Source: Thermoproteota archaeon
GTDB taxonomy: Archaea > Thermoproteota > Nitrososphaeria_A > Caldarchaeales > Calditenuaceae
Assembly: GCA_030550155.1 (NCBI GenBank)
Contig: JAUQPZ010000009.1
Span: 1 to 32,000 of the forward strand
Length of the DNA: 32,000 bases
Reading direction: 5' to 3'
Shown one piece after another: positions 24,709 through 32,000 of the stretch. The first letter of the stretch is position 1. The number at the start of each line of letters is the position of its first letter. A program made the position numbers and the translations under genes. The notes under the pieces were generated by a model, which saw nothing but the letters and a program-made list of their open reading frames with translations, was not told the DNA's origin and made no database searches.

Positions 24709-25437
24709 TTGTCCAGGCTAGCCTTTATGTTGGCTGGAGCAATCATAATGTCTGTCTTGCACGGGCCCTGTGTCTCCGGCTGGGTTGGCGCCCCCCTCTC
24801 AAGCCTCTCAGAGGCCTTGGAGCTGGATGAGGGTGCTCTCTACGAGGTTGTCGTAACCACTTTCAGCGATGACGGCTCACCCCACGCGGCGGCCATGGGC
24901 TGCAGGTTCTTCGAGAACGCCTCAACAATTATCTTGAGGCCGCATGTATCATCCCAGACGGCCCGGAACCTCTCGAGGACCAGATGCGGTGTGGTGAACG
25001 TCGCGGCTCCCGAGTTCATCGTGGAGGCGGCGCTCGACCTAGGCGTCGTTTCTATGAGCTTCGGTGTCGGCGAGGCTGTGGAGGCCCCTGTCCTCTGCGA
25101 GGCCTATGCGGCGGTAGAGTTCTTCGTGGTTGAGGAGCTGAGGGATGATGTATGGCTACAGGCCCGCTGCAGACCAGTCGCCTTCAGGTTTAGGCCTAGG
25201 CCCCAGAGGCCGTTCTCCCGCCCTGCATCGCTCCTCGTTGAGGCCTCCGTGAGTCTTTCGAGGGTTGAGCCTTTCCTCTCCATGAATAGGGGGGAGGAGG
25301 CTTCCCGCCTCTGGCTTGAGGCGAGGGCTTTGGTAGAGGAGGCAGAGCGTCTTGCCGGCGGCGCAGGGGTTCTCGGGTCCTTGGCTGGGGCAGTTAGGCG
25401 GAGGCTCGCTTCCCTGGAGTGGAGAATATCTCTCTAG
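24709..25437 (+). CDS. DUF447-family (FMN-binding split-barrel-like) protein
   Basis: LYEVVVTTFSDDGSPHAAAMG...IILRPHVSSQTARNL...GVVNV matches the DUF447 N-domain pattern as I recall it, followed by a helical C-domain. The start is uncertain (TTG 24709, ATG 24727 or ATG 24751). Confidence 0.55.
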   Translation: MSRLAFMLAGAIIMSVLHGPCVSGWVGAPLSSLSEALELDEGALYEVVVTTFSDDGSPHAAAMGCRFFENASTIILRPHVSSQTARNLSRTRCGVVNVAAPEFIVEAALDLGVVSMSFGVGEAVEAPVLCEAYAAVEFFVVEELRDDVWLQARCRPVAFRFRPRPQRPFSRPASLLVEASVSLSRVEPFLSMNRGEEASRLWLEARALVEEAERLAGGAGVLGSLAGAVRRRLASLEWRISL

Positions 25438-25975
25438 CTATTAGGAGGATGTTGACAAGTATGATTACTGTCCATATTATCAGGCCTAGGGGCTGATAGA
25501 GCTCTCCTCTCAGGATGAGTGCGAGGAACCCTATACCCGTCCAGGCCGGTATCTTGAGGCCCGTCCACTTCCCTATGACTAGGCTGTAAGGGACTGGGGA
25601 GAAGATGTCGGGGTAAGAGTTCGCGTCGCCCTTCGTGACTATGCCGTATTCGCTCCTCGCGATGGCTCTGTGGACTATCCTGACACTTCCTCCCGGCTGC
25701 CAGAAAACTATAACATCCCCTCTCACGGGGTCCGCTATTATCTCTTCAGGTTTCACGCCCTGGATTAGGAGTATGTCGCCAACCTCTATGACGGGTCTCA
25801 TGCTGCCTGTGGGAACTACGACCAGCGGCGTATCGGTGCCCATCACGATTCCCAGCAGAAAGTAGGCCGAGATCGCTGCGGCGACCGCGATGATGACCGG
25901 TATCAGGGACCTTGCCAGTCTGTGGCCTCGGGCTAGACGTTTTTTCTCAGCCTCTCCCTGCCCCTCCGAGCCCAT
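25394..25975 (-). CDS. signal peptidase I, archaeal/ER Sec11 type (S26B)
   Basis: N-terminal TM, then PTGSMRPVIEVGDILLI (catalytic Ser box), GDVIVF, IVHRAI (His box) and TKGDAN. The start overlaps the preceding gene by 43 nt. Confidence 0.85.
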   Translation of the reverse strand: MGSEGQGEAEKKRLARGHRLARSLIPVIIAVAAAISAYFLLGIVMGTDTPLVVVPTGSMRPVIEVGDILLIQGVKPEEIIADPVRGDVIVFWQPGGSVRIVHRAIARSEYGIVTKGDANSYPDIFSPVPYSLVIGKWTGLKIPAWTGIGFLALILRGELYQPLGLIIWTVIILVNILLIAREIFSTPGKRASA

Positions 25976-28740
25976 TCCCGAACTCCCTTCCCCTCTTCCG
26001 CCAGGGTTCTAGACCGTCTTGCTTGAGATTTTAGCCTGAAGGAGCTGTAGAGACAATATATAGATACCGCGCCCAGCGCCGGCGCGGCGATAAGCGGGTA
26101 GAGATAGTTTGACCACGTCTCGCCGTATAGGAGTGTATAGCTGGAGACGGTGTTGACAGGCAGCCTCACCGCGACCATTCTCTCACCCTCGCCGTAAACC
26201 ACCCTGTAGATTCCTGTGGGGAGTAACGTGGAGGCGGAGCCGGCCTCGTCTGTGGTCAGCCCCTCGAGTGTCTCCCCATCACCCTCCTTCACCAGCCTGA
26301 GGGATAGGTTCGCGGCGGGCGAGCCGTTGAGTTTCAGCACTTTTAGGGAGACACCGAACACCGAGGTCTCGATAACTATCTTCTGAGAGCCGGTTAGAGC
26401 CAAGACTCTGTCCGCCACCGCGGAGCCCTTATACTCTGCTAGGACGAGATAGTTTCCGGCGGGGAGCCGAGCCTCTGCCACGCCACGCCGCGCCTCGAGC
26501 GTCGCCAGCCTGCGGCCCTCCAAGTCCACATGGAGCCTAGCCCCGTCTAGAAGATCTTTTCCCGCGCTGCCGTGGAAATATACCTCAAGTCTCAGAGGAT
26601 AGACTTTGGCGGTGATCTCGACGTTCTCGCCGTTCCTGAGTGGGCGGTGGGAGCCTGTGAAGACGTTTACGCCCATGTATTCCAGAGATAGTGAGAGGGT
26701 TCCGTTCGGCACGAGCTTAAGAGTGAGGACGTTGTCGTCTTTCATGGTCCTGGCCACGGATAGCGAGCCCACGTTCATCTTGAAGATGGTGTCCGTGAGC
26801 GGCTCTCCCTCACCGTCCAAGACCGTGAATGAGATTGTGTAAACCCCTGTGCCGCGAATCTCCAGTAGCCTCTGCTCGGGCGAGTAGGTGACGGGGCTTG
26901 AGTAGACTCTTATCCCCTGGTAGTGGATTGAGAGCGTCGCGGTGGTGAGAGGCGCGTCTGAGAAGGATACTACCCCTTCCTCGTCGGCGAGCCCCTCCTG
27001 CCTGTAGGATGCGACGGACAGCGCAGCTATTGCGCCGGCGAGACTCTCCTCGCCGGTGTTGTCGAGGAGCTTTGCCTTGACATCGGCGACCGATGCCCTG
27101 ATGTTGAGGAGGCCTGCCTCCACCTCTTCAGGTCTGACCTCACCCCTAGCAACCTCGACATCCATGTATGTGAAGGAGTAGCTGTAGGAGAGTTTAAGGA
27201 GGCCCTCTATCGAGGCTCCCTCTCTGGGGAGGTTTACTGTCCCGATGCTTTCGCCGCCGTAGATGAGCTTGAGGCTGCCGGCGATCGGCTTGTCGTCTAG
27301 TGAGACGGCGAGGGCTGAGACCCTGTAGGGTTTGGGCCTGAGTTGTCTGGGCTCGCCGTGGGCTGGCGTTATCTCGCCTGAACCTATGTTTACTCCGTCG
27401 AGCAATATTGTGTAGGAGTATTTTACGAGGGGCTTGTCTCGGAGGAGAATTACGCCCTCCCCGCCCAGCCTCTCCTCCACCCTATAGTTTCCAGCCTCGA
27501 GCCTGATGCTGGCCCTCTGAAGTATGCGCGGGAGTGTACCGAAGAAGCCTGAGCTATCAAGTGATAAGCTGAAGTCGCCGAACCTGGCCTGAACCCTAAC
27601 TGTGCCCGTCTTGATATCGTCCGAGCGGAGTATTCCAGAGAAGACCTCTTGACCTTCGAAGAGCAGTATTAGGCGGTAGTCCCTTTCATCGTATACGTAT
27701 CCGACGCTTATGACCCCTCCCCTCTCCCTCGCCTCGAAGTATAAGTTTGCGTCCGCGTAGAGCCTGGCGGCTAGCTCGTAGCTTGGCGCGGTGTACGATG
27801 ATAGGGGTTTATTCTTGAGGTCGTAGACCTCTACCGAGAGGCGTGTTAATGGAAGCTTGACGGGTGGCCTGTCCCTGTTGCTGTTGATGTTCTCGGGCGA
27901 GGGGACGGTGAATAATACGTCACCCTTATAGACGACGTCGTAGATGTATCGGCCCTCGGGGAGGAGGCTGAAGACAACGACGCCCGAGGAGTCGCTTGAG
28001 GCCGTCATCTGCGGGCTGCCGGACTTTTCTCCTCTCCAGAGCCTCGTCTCCAGACCCTGCACAGGCCTGTCAGCCCTATCCCTGAGCGTGAGCCTAAGCC
28101 TGTAAAGCGGGAGGTCAATCAAGTTGTCGTCAAAGCTGTTTACGTCTAGGTTCAGGTTAGTCTCCCCAGTAGCTATGCGAACTCCGAAGACCTGGTGATT
28201 GAATGTGGCGTTGTAGGTGTATAGTGTCCCGTTGCCGGGAAGCCGGGGAAATGTTGCACAGCCATCGGCTCCCGTGGTCTGCTCAAGATTCACGTCAGGA
28301 TCAGTTAATGTGGACCTGATCTCGAGGCTGGCGCCCTGTATGGGCTGGATGCCCCCGCTCGACCGCACACAAATCCTCACGTTGAAGACGCCTGTCCTGA
28401 ATGTCTTGGGATGGGCGGGGTTGCTATAGTTCCAGTTCTCGAATACACGCACGTTCTTGATGCCGAGATACGTGACGTTTAACCTGTATGTGTCAAGTAG
28501 TCTCATATTGCTGAATGTCGCTCTTCCGTTGCCGTCGGTCCTGGCTTGGTAGCATCTTGTGGCGTTTTCGAGGCAGACATATGCGTCTGGTAGAGGGTTT
28601 CCCTGATAGTCTTGGACTGTTACGGTTATTGTTCCTAACGCCGCCTCGGCGGACGGTGTCTGTACGAGTATCCAGGCGAGGGCTGCTAGCGATACTAGCC
28701 CTACTAGATATATGGCCTTCATCAGCCTGTTCTGTCCCAA
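25933..28740 (-). CDS. large surface protein: signal peptide, about 10 carboxypeptidase-regulatory/transthyretin-like beta-sandwich repeats, C-terminal TM anchor and basic tail
   Basis: The likely start is ATG 28722 (MKAIYLVGLVSLAALAWILVQTPSAEA|A). Modules of about 85-90 aa recur, of the type TVTVQDYQGNPLPDAYV...TDGNGRATF...YRLNVTY. The C-terminal YLYPLIAAPALGAVSIYCLYSSF is followed by an RK-rich tail. Confidence 0.75.
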   Translation of the reverse strand: MGQNRLMKAIYLVGLVSLAALAWILVQTPSAEAALGTITVTVQDYQGNPLPDAYVCLENATRCYQARTDGNGRATFSNMRLLDTYRLNVTYLGIKNVRVFENWNYSNPAHPKTFRTGVFNVRICVRSSGGIQPIQGASLEIRSTLTDPDVNLEQTTGADGCATFPRLPGNGTLYTYNATFNHQVFGVRIATGETNLNLDVNSFDDNLIDLPLYRLRLTLRDRADRPVQGLETRLWRGEKSGSPQMTASSDSSGVVVFSLLPEGRYIYDVVYKGDVLFTVPSPENINSNRDRPPVKLPLTRLSVEVYDLKNKPLSSYTAPSYELAARLYADANLYFEARERGGVISVGYVYDERDYRLILLFEGQEVFSGILRSDDIKTGTVRVQARFGDFSLSLDSSGFFGTLPRILQRASIRLEAGNYRVEERLGGEGVILLRDKPLVKYSYTILLDGVNIGSGEITPAHGEPRQLRPKPYRVSALAVSLDDKPIAGSLKLIYGGESIGTVNLPREGASIEGLLKLSYSYSFTYMDVEVARGEVRPEEVEAGLLNIRASVADVKAKLLDNTGEESLAGAIAALSVASYRQEGLADEEGVVSFSDAPLTTATLSIHYQGIRVYSSPVTYSPEQRLLEIRGTGVYTISFTVLDGEGEPLTDTIFKMNVGSLSVARTMKDDNVLTLKLVPNGTLSLSLEYMGVNVFTGSHRPLRNGENVEITAKVYPLRLEVYFHGSAGKDLLDGARLHVDLEGRRLATLEARRGVAEARLPAGNYLVLAEYKGSAVADRVLALTGSQKIVIETSVFGVSLKVLKLNGSPAANLSLRLVKEGDGETLEGLTTDEAGSASTLLPTGIYRVVYGEGERMVAVRLPVNTVSSYTLLYGETWSNYLYPLIAAPALGAVSIYCLYSSFRLKSQARRSRTLAEEGKGVREWARRGRERLRKNV

Positions 28741-28800
28741 CCTGTGTGCCGGGCTCAGATAAGGATTACTCCCACACCCACGCAGTATCGCGAGGGTATA

Positions 28801-29271
28801 TTATCGGGAGGATACCGTCTCGAGAGTCCATCTGACCGAGCTTATCAGCTCCCTAAGCCTGGAGTCCTCTCTATAGTTCCTCACAAGGATCTCCTTCACC
28901 CGTTCACCGTCATAAACGATCTCGTAGCTCAGAGCCCTCTCGGCGTCGATTTCCCCCGCCTCAGCCCTCTTCTTATCCTCTTCAGCCATCTGGTCAAGGA
29001 CCTTCCTAAGCAGGAAGGATGTGAAGGGCTTGTCCTCGCTTCTGAGCTCTACGCCGGGGCTTATCTGGAATCTGACCTCGTCTCTAGTGTAGCTCACGGT
29101 TGCTAGGTTTGCGCCGGTCCTGCTTCTGACGGAGCGGACGGTGGGTTTCTCGGCCTGGGCTGGCTGGGGCGGGGGTGCGGGCTGCTCGGTTCTCTTGGCC
29201 AGGGTGTCAGCCTTCCTGAAACTGAGCTGGGTCAAGAGCTCGTCCACATAGCTTCCCACCCTCTTGAGCAT
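28801..29271 (-). CDS. hypothetical protein: N-terminal coiled coil, Pro/Gln-rich linker, C-terminal alpha/beta domain of about 100 aa
   Basis: 156 aa from the ATG. The frame stays open and helical (EDQQEKARQLAEIKAWIERRIIELNQELD) for 34 codons upstream, with no ATG/GTG/TTG. No family was recognised. Confidence 0.55.
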   Translation of the reverse strand: MLKRVGSYVDELLTQLSFRKADTLAKRTEQPAPPPQPAQAEKPTVRSVRSRTGANLATVSYTRDEVRFQISPGVELRSEDKPFTSFLLRKVLDQMAEEDKKRAEAGEIDAERALSYEIVYDGERVKEILVRNYREDSRLRELISSVRWTLETVSSR

Positions 29272-29363
29272 GTCTAGCTCCTGGTTTAGCTCGATAATCC
29301 TCCGCTCGATCCAGGCCTTAATCTCGGCGAGCTGCCGCGCCTTCTCCTGCTGATCCTCACCAC

Positions 29364-31139
29364 TCAGGTGGGCTCACCCTCCCCTCCACCAGCTATGACC
29401 TTGAGCTGGGACTTATACAATTCTATTATCTCGTTCACGGTCGTCGCGTCCTCCGGGGACTTGTCGCTCCTGTATCTGCCCGTGAACCTGGGGAACCTGA
29501 CCGCGAGTCCTGCGTCGCTCCTGATTGCCCCCCAGCCGCAGGTGTGGATAGGGCTGAGCGTGATCTCGTCGCCGACAATCTCCAACACCATCTCGGGCCT
29601 GGTCCAGATGTCTGGCTCCATTATCGACTCTACGCGGGCTGGCTTCTGCTTCTGGGCTAGCGGTGTGAGTGTCTGTGTGAGGTGTTCTAGGTCTTCGTCC
29701 TTGAAGCCTGTCCCTACTTTGCAAACCGTCCTAAAGACGTCGGCCTCGTCGTCGTAGACCGCCATGAGCAACGTCCCGATTCTCCCGCTCCTCCTCCCCT
29801 TACCGTAGAATGCACCCACAACGACCAGGTCCAGAGTATCGGTGAGCTTCGAGACATAGCTCCGCTTATACTTGATCCAGAGCCAGCCCCTCGCACCAGC
29901 CCTGTAGATCGACTTTGGCGAGATATCCTTGACCATGACGCCCTCGCATCCTTCCTCCACGGCCTTCAGCATGAACCTGTCCAGGGAGTCTGGGTCAGAG
30001 ACCATGATGCCCTCTGTTAGCCTAAAGTTGTCCGAGGACTCTAAGACTTGTGAGAGCCTTTTCCTCCTCTCAAGTAGTGGTAGGTCTATGAGCGGCTCGC
30101 CGTCAATGTAGAGGGCGTCGAAGAAGAAGAGGCTGACGGGGTAGAGCTGGGCCGCCTTCTCAACATCGTATTTTCTCCGCCTGTGCATCAGCTCCTGAAA
30201 AGGAAGCATGTCTCCCGTCTCAGGGTCGTATGCGACGGCCTCGCACTCAACTATCGCCTCCCTAGCCGCTAAACCTCTTCTACACATCTCCACAACATCC
30301 GGGAACTGTGAAGTTATATTCTCCTGCCTCCTCGAGAAGATCATCAGCTCTGAATCCGCCTTGTGAATCTGCATCCTCTCACCGTCGTATTTGTATTCAG
30401 CGAATCCCGTGTTTCCAAGCTTCTCCAGAATCTCCTGGGCAGATGTGAGCCTCTCGGCAAGCATCGGCCTGACAGGAATCCCGACTCTCAACCCGATCTT
30501 CGCGACCCCCTCAACGCCATGCTCCTTCACGGTCGAGGCCACCAGCCCTATGTCTGAGCAGAGGTTATAGGCGCGCTCGATCTCCTCCTTACCACCTCCT
30601 TTCAACGCGGCTAAAGCGTCTATGAGCGTCATATCCGCGACACCCATTCTCATATTCCCCGTCACTAGCCTGATGAGGTACTTGGCCTCCTTTGGCGAGG
30701 CCTGCGCGAGGAGGCCCGAAAGAGTCTTGACCTTCATCTCCATAGCCCCCTCGCCTGTGAACTTCGCGATTCTCTCCAGCTGGCTGTAAACCCTCTCAAC
30801 GGTTAGAGGCTCGAGGCTCAGCGTCATCTGGGTCTTCTTTGAGGATAGGAGCTTCTCGGCGACGAGGCCGAGGTCTCCCGTCTTTCTCAGGGACTCCTCA
30901 ATCTTCCCCTCATCTATGCCGGTAACCATCTTCAAAGCTCTTATGGCCAGCTTCTCAGCCATACCCAGCTCAACACCGACGTAGGCGGGATAGAGCTCAC
31001 CCAGAGTAAGATACGCTATTCTGCTAGCCTCCCTCGGCTCAGCCTCCGCGAAGAGCTCTGTCAATATATCTCTCATCTCGAGCCGCTTCGTGGTGGCCTC
31101 AAGCCTCTCATAGTAGCTGACGAGGCGGGAGAAATCCAA
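29364..31139 (-). CDS. lig: ATP-dependent DNA ligase
   Basis: Adenylation motif I EYKYDGERMQIH, plus FFFDALY, EGVMVK, LWIKYK and the OB-domain motif VRFPRFTGRYRSDK. 591 aa, TTG start. Confidence 0.93.
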   Translation of the reverse strand: MDFSRLVSYYERLEATTKRLEMRDILTELFAEAEPREASRIAYLTLGELYPAYVGVELGMAEKLAIRALKMVTGIDEGKIEESLRKTGDLGLVAEKLLSSKKTQMTLSLEPLTVERVYSQLERIAKFTGEGAMEMKVKTLSGLLAQASPKEAKYLIRLVTGNMRMGVADMTLIDALAALKGGGKEEIERAYNLCSDIGLVASTVKEHGVEGVAKIGLRVGIPVRPMLAERLTSAQEILEKLGNTGFAEYKYDGERMQIHKADSELMIFSRRQENITSQFPDVVEMCRRGLAAREAIVECEAVAYDPETGDMLPFQELMHRRRKYDVEKAAQLYPVSLFFFDALYIDGEPLIDLPLLERRKRLSQVLESSDNFRLTEGIMVSDPDSLDRFMLKAVEEGCEGVMVKDISPKSIYRAGARGWLWIKYKRSYVSKLTDTLDLVVVGAFYGKGRRSGRIGTLLMAVYDDEADVFRTVCKVGTGFKDEDLEHLTQTLTPLAQKQKPARVESIMEPDIWTRPEMVLEIVGDEITLSPIHTCGWGAIRSDAGLAVRFPRFTGRYRSDKSPEDATTVNEIIELYKSQLKVIAGGGEGEPT

Positions 31140-31220
31140 AGCCCTTCTCCACTAATAAGTGGTGGGGGGAGCCGCTTTAAGATTATTGCTGGTGCTTCTC
31201 CTCCGAGATTATTTGAGTCC

Positions 31221-32000
31221 TTAGACCGTATTCCTCTGAATCTTCGCGCCGCTGTTATTGGCCCTAGTCACCAGCGAGACGCATCCAAGGGTTTCTGCAA
31301 GCATCCGCGCAGCCTCCTCAGCCCTCCTAAAACTCGAGGAGAACCCGTAGACGGTCGGCCCCCAGCTCGACTGGCCGACGCCGAGAAGCCCCTCAGCCTC
31401 AAGTGCCGCGACAAGCTTCTCAGAGTCAGGGTTGAAGACCCCGTGTTGGAGACTGCTGAAGGCTGAGCCGACAAGCCTCTGATATCTGGAGAGGCCGCTC
31501 CCGAAGAGCTCAAGGTCGCGGTCCAGAACCGCGGGCAGTATCTGCTTGAACAGGAGCTCGACAAGCCCCTGCTCAACCTCAGCCCCATAGACCAGCCCCC
31601 CAAGCTTCTCAGCCTCCCCCAGACGCGGCTGGCCCCGCCGCCCCGGGGGCCGCGCAAGCACCACAGCCCAGTCTTCAGGAAACCTGAGCGAGACATACCG
31701 CCTCCTCGACGGAGTCGCTCCTAGGTCAAGGATGAATCCGCCGGACTTGAAGGCGGCCACACCCACCCAAGAGAATCCGCCCACAAGCCCCGCATCCACA
31801 AGCAACTCTATCCGGGGCTCAGAGCCAGCAAGCCTGGAGACAGCCTCAAGGACGGCTAGGGCCAGCTGCGTAGTTGCGCCCAGACCCACATGGCGCGGAG
31901 GGGCCTCCACGACCCTCAAAGCTAGGCCTCTGTCGACTAACGGGGCCAGAGAGCCTGCCACAATTCTAGCCGCCTCCTCAGCCTCACCCCCCCTCTCACC
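31221..32000 (-). CDS. beta-ribofuranosylaminobenzene 5'-phosphate (beta-RFAP) synthase-like GHMP-family protein, N-terminus outside the window
   Basis: PPRHVGLGATTQLALAV (GHMP motif 2-like) and LLGVGQSSWGPTVYGF are typical of the RFAP synthase family. The frame is open to position 32000. Confidence 0.6.
   Translation of the reverse strand, partial: GERGGEAEEAARIVAGSLAPLVDRGLALRVVEAPPRHVGLGATTQLALAVLEAVSRLAGSEPRIELLVDAGLVGGFSWVGVAAFKSGGFILDLGATPSRRRYVSLRFPEDWAVVLARPPGRRGQPRLGEAEKLGGLVYGAEVEQGLVELLFKQILPAVLDRDLELFGSGLSRYQRLVGSAFSSLQHGVFNPDSEKLVAALEAEGLLGVGQSSWGPTVYGFSSSFRRAEEAARMLAETLGCVSLVTRANNSGAKIQRNTV

Noticed and set aside
29364-29376. Programmed -1 frameshift fusing DNA ligase to the downstream coiled-coil ORF
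   Set aside because: The permissive window between the two stops is only GCC-CAC-CTG and contains no X-XXY-YYZ slippery heptamer. The ligase already ends at a family-typical position. It is retained only as an alternative under the non-canonical-start finding.
29368-29757. 129-aa plus ORF and the 103-aa and 60-aa minus out-of-frame ORFs inside the DNA ligase gene; likewise 31268-31696 inside the RFAP synthase-like gene
   Set aside because: They are overlapped by genes with unambiguous motifs. The Arg/Gly/Pro-rich translations are typical of off-frame reading of GC-rich codons.
1-32000. CRISPR arrays, rRNA genes, intact IS elements or transposases, recognisable defence genes (cas, restriction-modification, toxin-antitoxin pairs)
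   Set aside because: I saw no regularly spaced direct repeats and no transposase/DDE/HUH motifs, and no cas-like proteins among the ORFs. The only mobile-element-type signals are the LAGLIDADG pseudogene and the weak recombinase-like strings near tRNA-Ala.

Overview
This is an archaeal chromosomal segment. Supporting features: an ATP-dependent DNA ligase, a Sec11/S26B-type signal peptidase, a Clp1-type polynucleotide kinase, an intron-containing tRNA-Leu, TATA/BRE-like boxes 20-35 nt upstream of start codons, and frequent TTG/GTG starts. An IPCT/DIPPS-type enzyme, the family that makes the thermoprotectant di-myo-inositol phosphate, suggests a hyperthermophile, possibly Thermoproteota-like; I cannot verify the taxon. 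I support about 29 protein genes, 4 tRNA genes (Ala-GGC, Arg-UCG, Phe-GAA, Leu-CAA with a canonical-position intron) and 1 clear pseudogene. I found no CRISPR array, rRNA or intact transposon.

Layout:
- 1-2266: an AT-shifted, decayed patch around tRNA-Ala, with a frameshifted double-motif LAGLIDADG homing endonuclease and about 1 kb with no credible gene.
- 2267-8938: housekeeping and secretome genes. These are SppA plus a membrane partner, an HpcH-type aldolase, an Excalibur-domain exoprotein, an alpha-lytic-type S1 protease, an AIM24/DUF124 protein and a PPOX-family protein.
- 8935-18986: a carbohydrate/solute locus. It holds a GHL6/GH42-like hydrolase, a half-size EamA protein, an IPCT/DIPPS fusion with an extra C-terminal membrane module, a sugar ABC transporter and a DegT-family aminotransferase.
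- 19064-24675: Clp1-type kinase, aldo/keto reductase, an orphan secreted Cys-rich protein, an RcnA-like metal exporter and a small protein with a ribosomal-stalk-like tail.
- 24709-32000: DUF447 protein, signal peptidase I overlapping the 3' end of a 935-aa surface protein with about 10 repeats, a coiled-coil protein, DNA ligase, and a partial beta-RFAP synthase.

The candidates most worth follow-up are the three-module IPCT/DIPPS protein in its transporter/aminotransferase context, the surface-protein/signal-peptidase/coiled-coil cluster, and the stalk-tail mimic. All family calls come from motif recognition by eye. No database search was run.
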